From the NCBI GenBank assembly GCA_050575255.1, contig JBNZDD010013686.1, positions 5,516,134-5,580,133 of the forward strand: DNA of 64,000 nucleotides, given 5' to 3'. Position 1 is the first letter of the stretch; each line of letters starts with the position of its first letter. The position numbers and the translations under genes are program-made. Origin of the DNA: Harriotta raleighana (Eukaryota). The notes beneath the pieces are model-generated. The model did not search any database. It saw nothing but the letters and a program-made list of their open reading frames with translations, and had not been told where the DNA came from. Positions 63,002-64,000 of this stretch are shown piece after piece.

Positions 63002-64000
63002 TCAAAACCACAATGCTGTCAACAGGGGGGGAAAAAGTATCTCTAATTGGTAAATAAGAAAAAAGTAAAACTTAGTAAAGGGGCAGGGGCAAAATACAAC
63101 TACTTAATTCTTACATAGCATTTTACATAGCATACGTGTGACAGTATAGAATGAGTACAAAGTACCGGGCTGGCATTCATTCCAGCAGGAAATAGACAAA
63201 TATTTTTCGTTAAGAACTTCCTTCTTAAAGAATCATTACTTTATCGTGAAGGGCTTTTATGCAACGTGTAAAAATCAAAGGATTGTGTCAACCTCCCAAC
63301 TCCAAAGTCTCTTCAATGGAACTCTAATGATTCCTTCCTCCAACTGTAGTAATGCAAGTCTACACTAAAACAACAGGTGGGGTAAACGTTAAAATAGCAA
63401 ATGCTCACTTAATTTTTTCCTGGGCCTTTTCGTGGATCCCATAGATAGAGATCAGTGTATTATAAGGCCACTAAGAGTTCTCTCCATGCAGTAATCTTCA
63501 ATGTATTTTAAATTATGATGGCCCAAATTGCTTTTGAAGCATTTGCTAGTAGTGTTGCTATAGCTGATTGCATTTATCATTTACTGGTCTCTGGCTAGTA
63601 AAGAAGATAATGAAAGATTATCAGTATTACTAACCCATTCAGGGCTTTAAGCTGTTTTTCTTCAGCGTTACAAGCAATTGTTTTATCAAGCATAAATCTA
63701 GTTTACGTCCTCATTAATCTCCAGCTGCAATAACTGTAGACTGCTAACATTGGAGTCTTGTGGCAGCCATAATTATAAAGGGAAGGAAATTCCCATTCTG
63801 GAAGAGGAAAAGTACCAGTTTCAAACATTTTATCTGACAAACCAAAACGCTGTCCTCGCTATCTGAACTCCGATTCGATAAGGACACTTCTGGATATTCC
63901 ACACTCGGGCTGACCCCTTGTTCACCTCATTGAGGGACACGATTTTCATTCTTCACTTTCCTTCTCAGCAAAACTCCTGGAAGCTTCAATCTCCTGCTGA

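Overview
Vertebrate genomic DNA from a draft assembly with N gaps. The repeat content suggests a cartilaginous fish, possibly a holocephalan such as Callorhinchus; this is inference. The window holds the four-gene block found at human Xq24, in the same order and orientation. UBE2A (+): coding exons 2-6, 279..5448; exon 1 is upstream of the window. NKRF (-): three coding exons, 19789..11352, 760 aa, with a complete N-terminal XRN2-binding domain plus G-patch and R3H. SEPTIN6 (-): nine core exons 53562..32341 and at least two alternative stop-codon exons (427 and 429 aa). SOWAHD-like ankyrin-repeat gene (+): 59630..61003. All exon models were read by hand from GT-AG boundaries and their phases join correctly. 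Non-coding DNA is dominated by about 25 copies or fragments of one tRNA-derived Deu-domain SINE with an L2-type tail, plus L2/CR1 fragments, older SINEs, palindromic elements and simple repeats. No CRISPR array, rRNA or genuine tRNA gene was seen, and I cannot support a wholly new biological system. The best leads are the intact XTBD of NKRF with an adjacent uORF, a palindromic element with a hammerhead-like core, the cluster of SEPTIN6 C-terminal exons, and a near-identical inverted SINE pair around the SEPTIN6 promoter.
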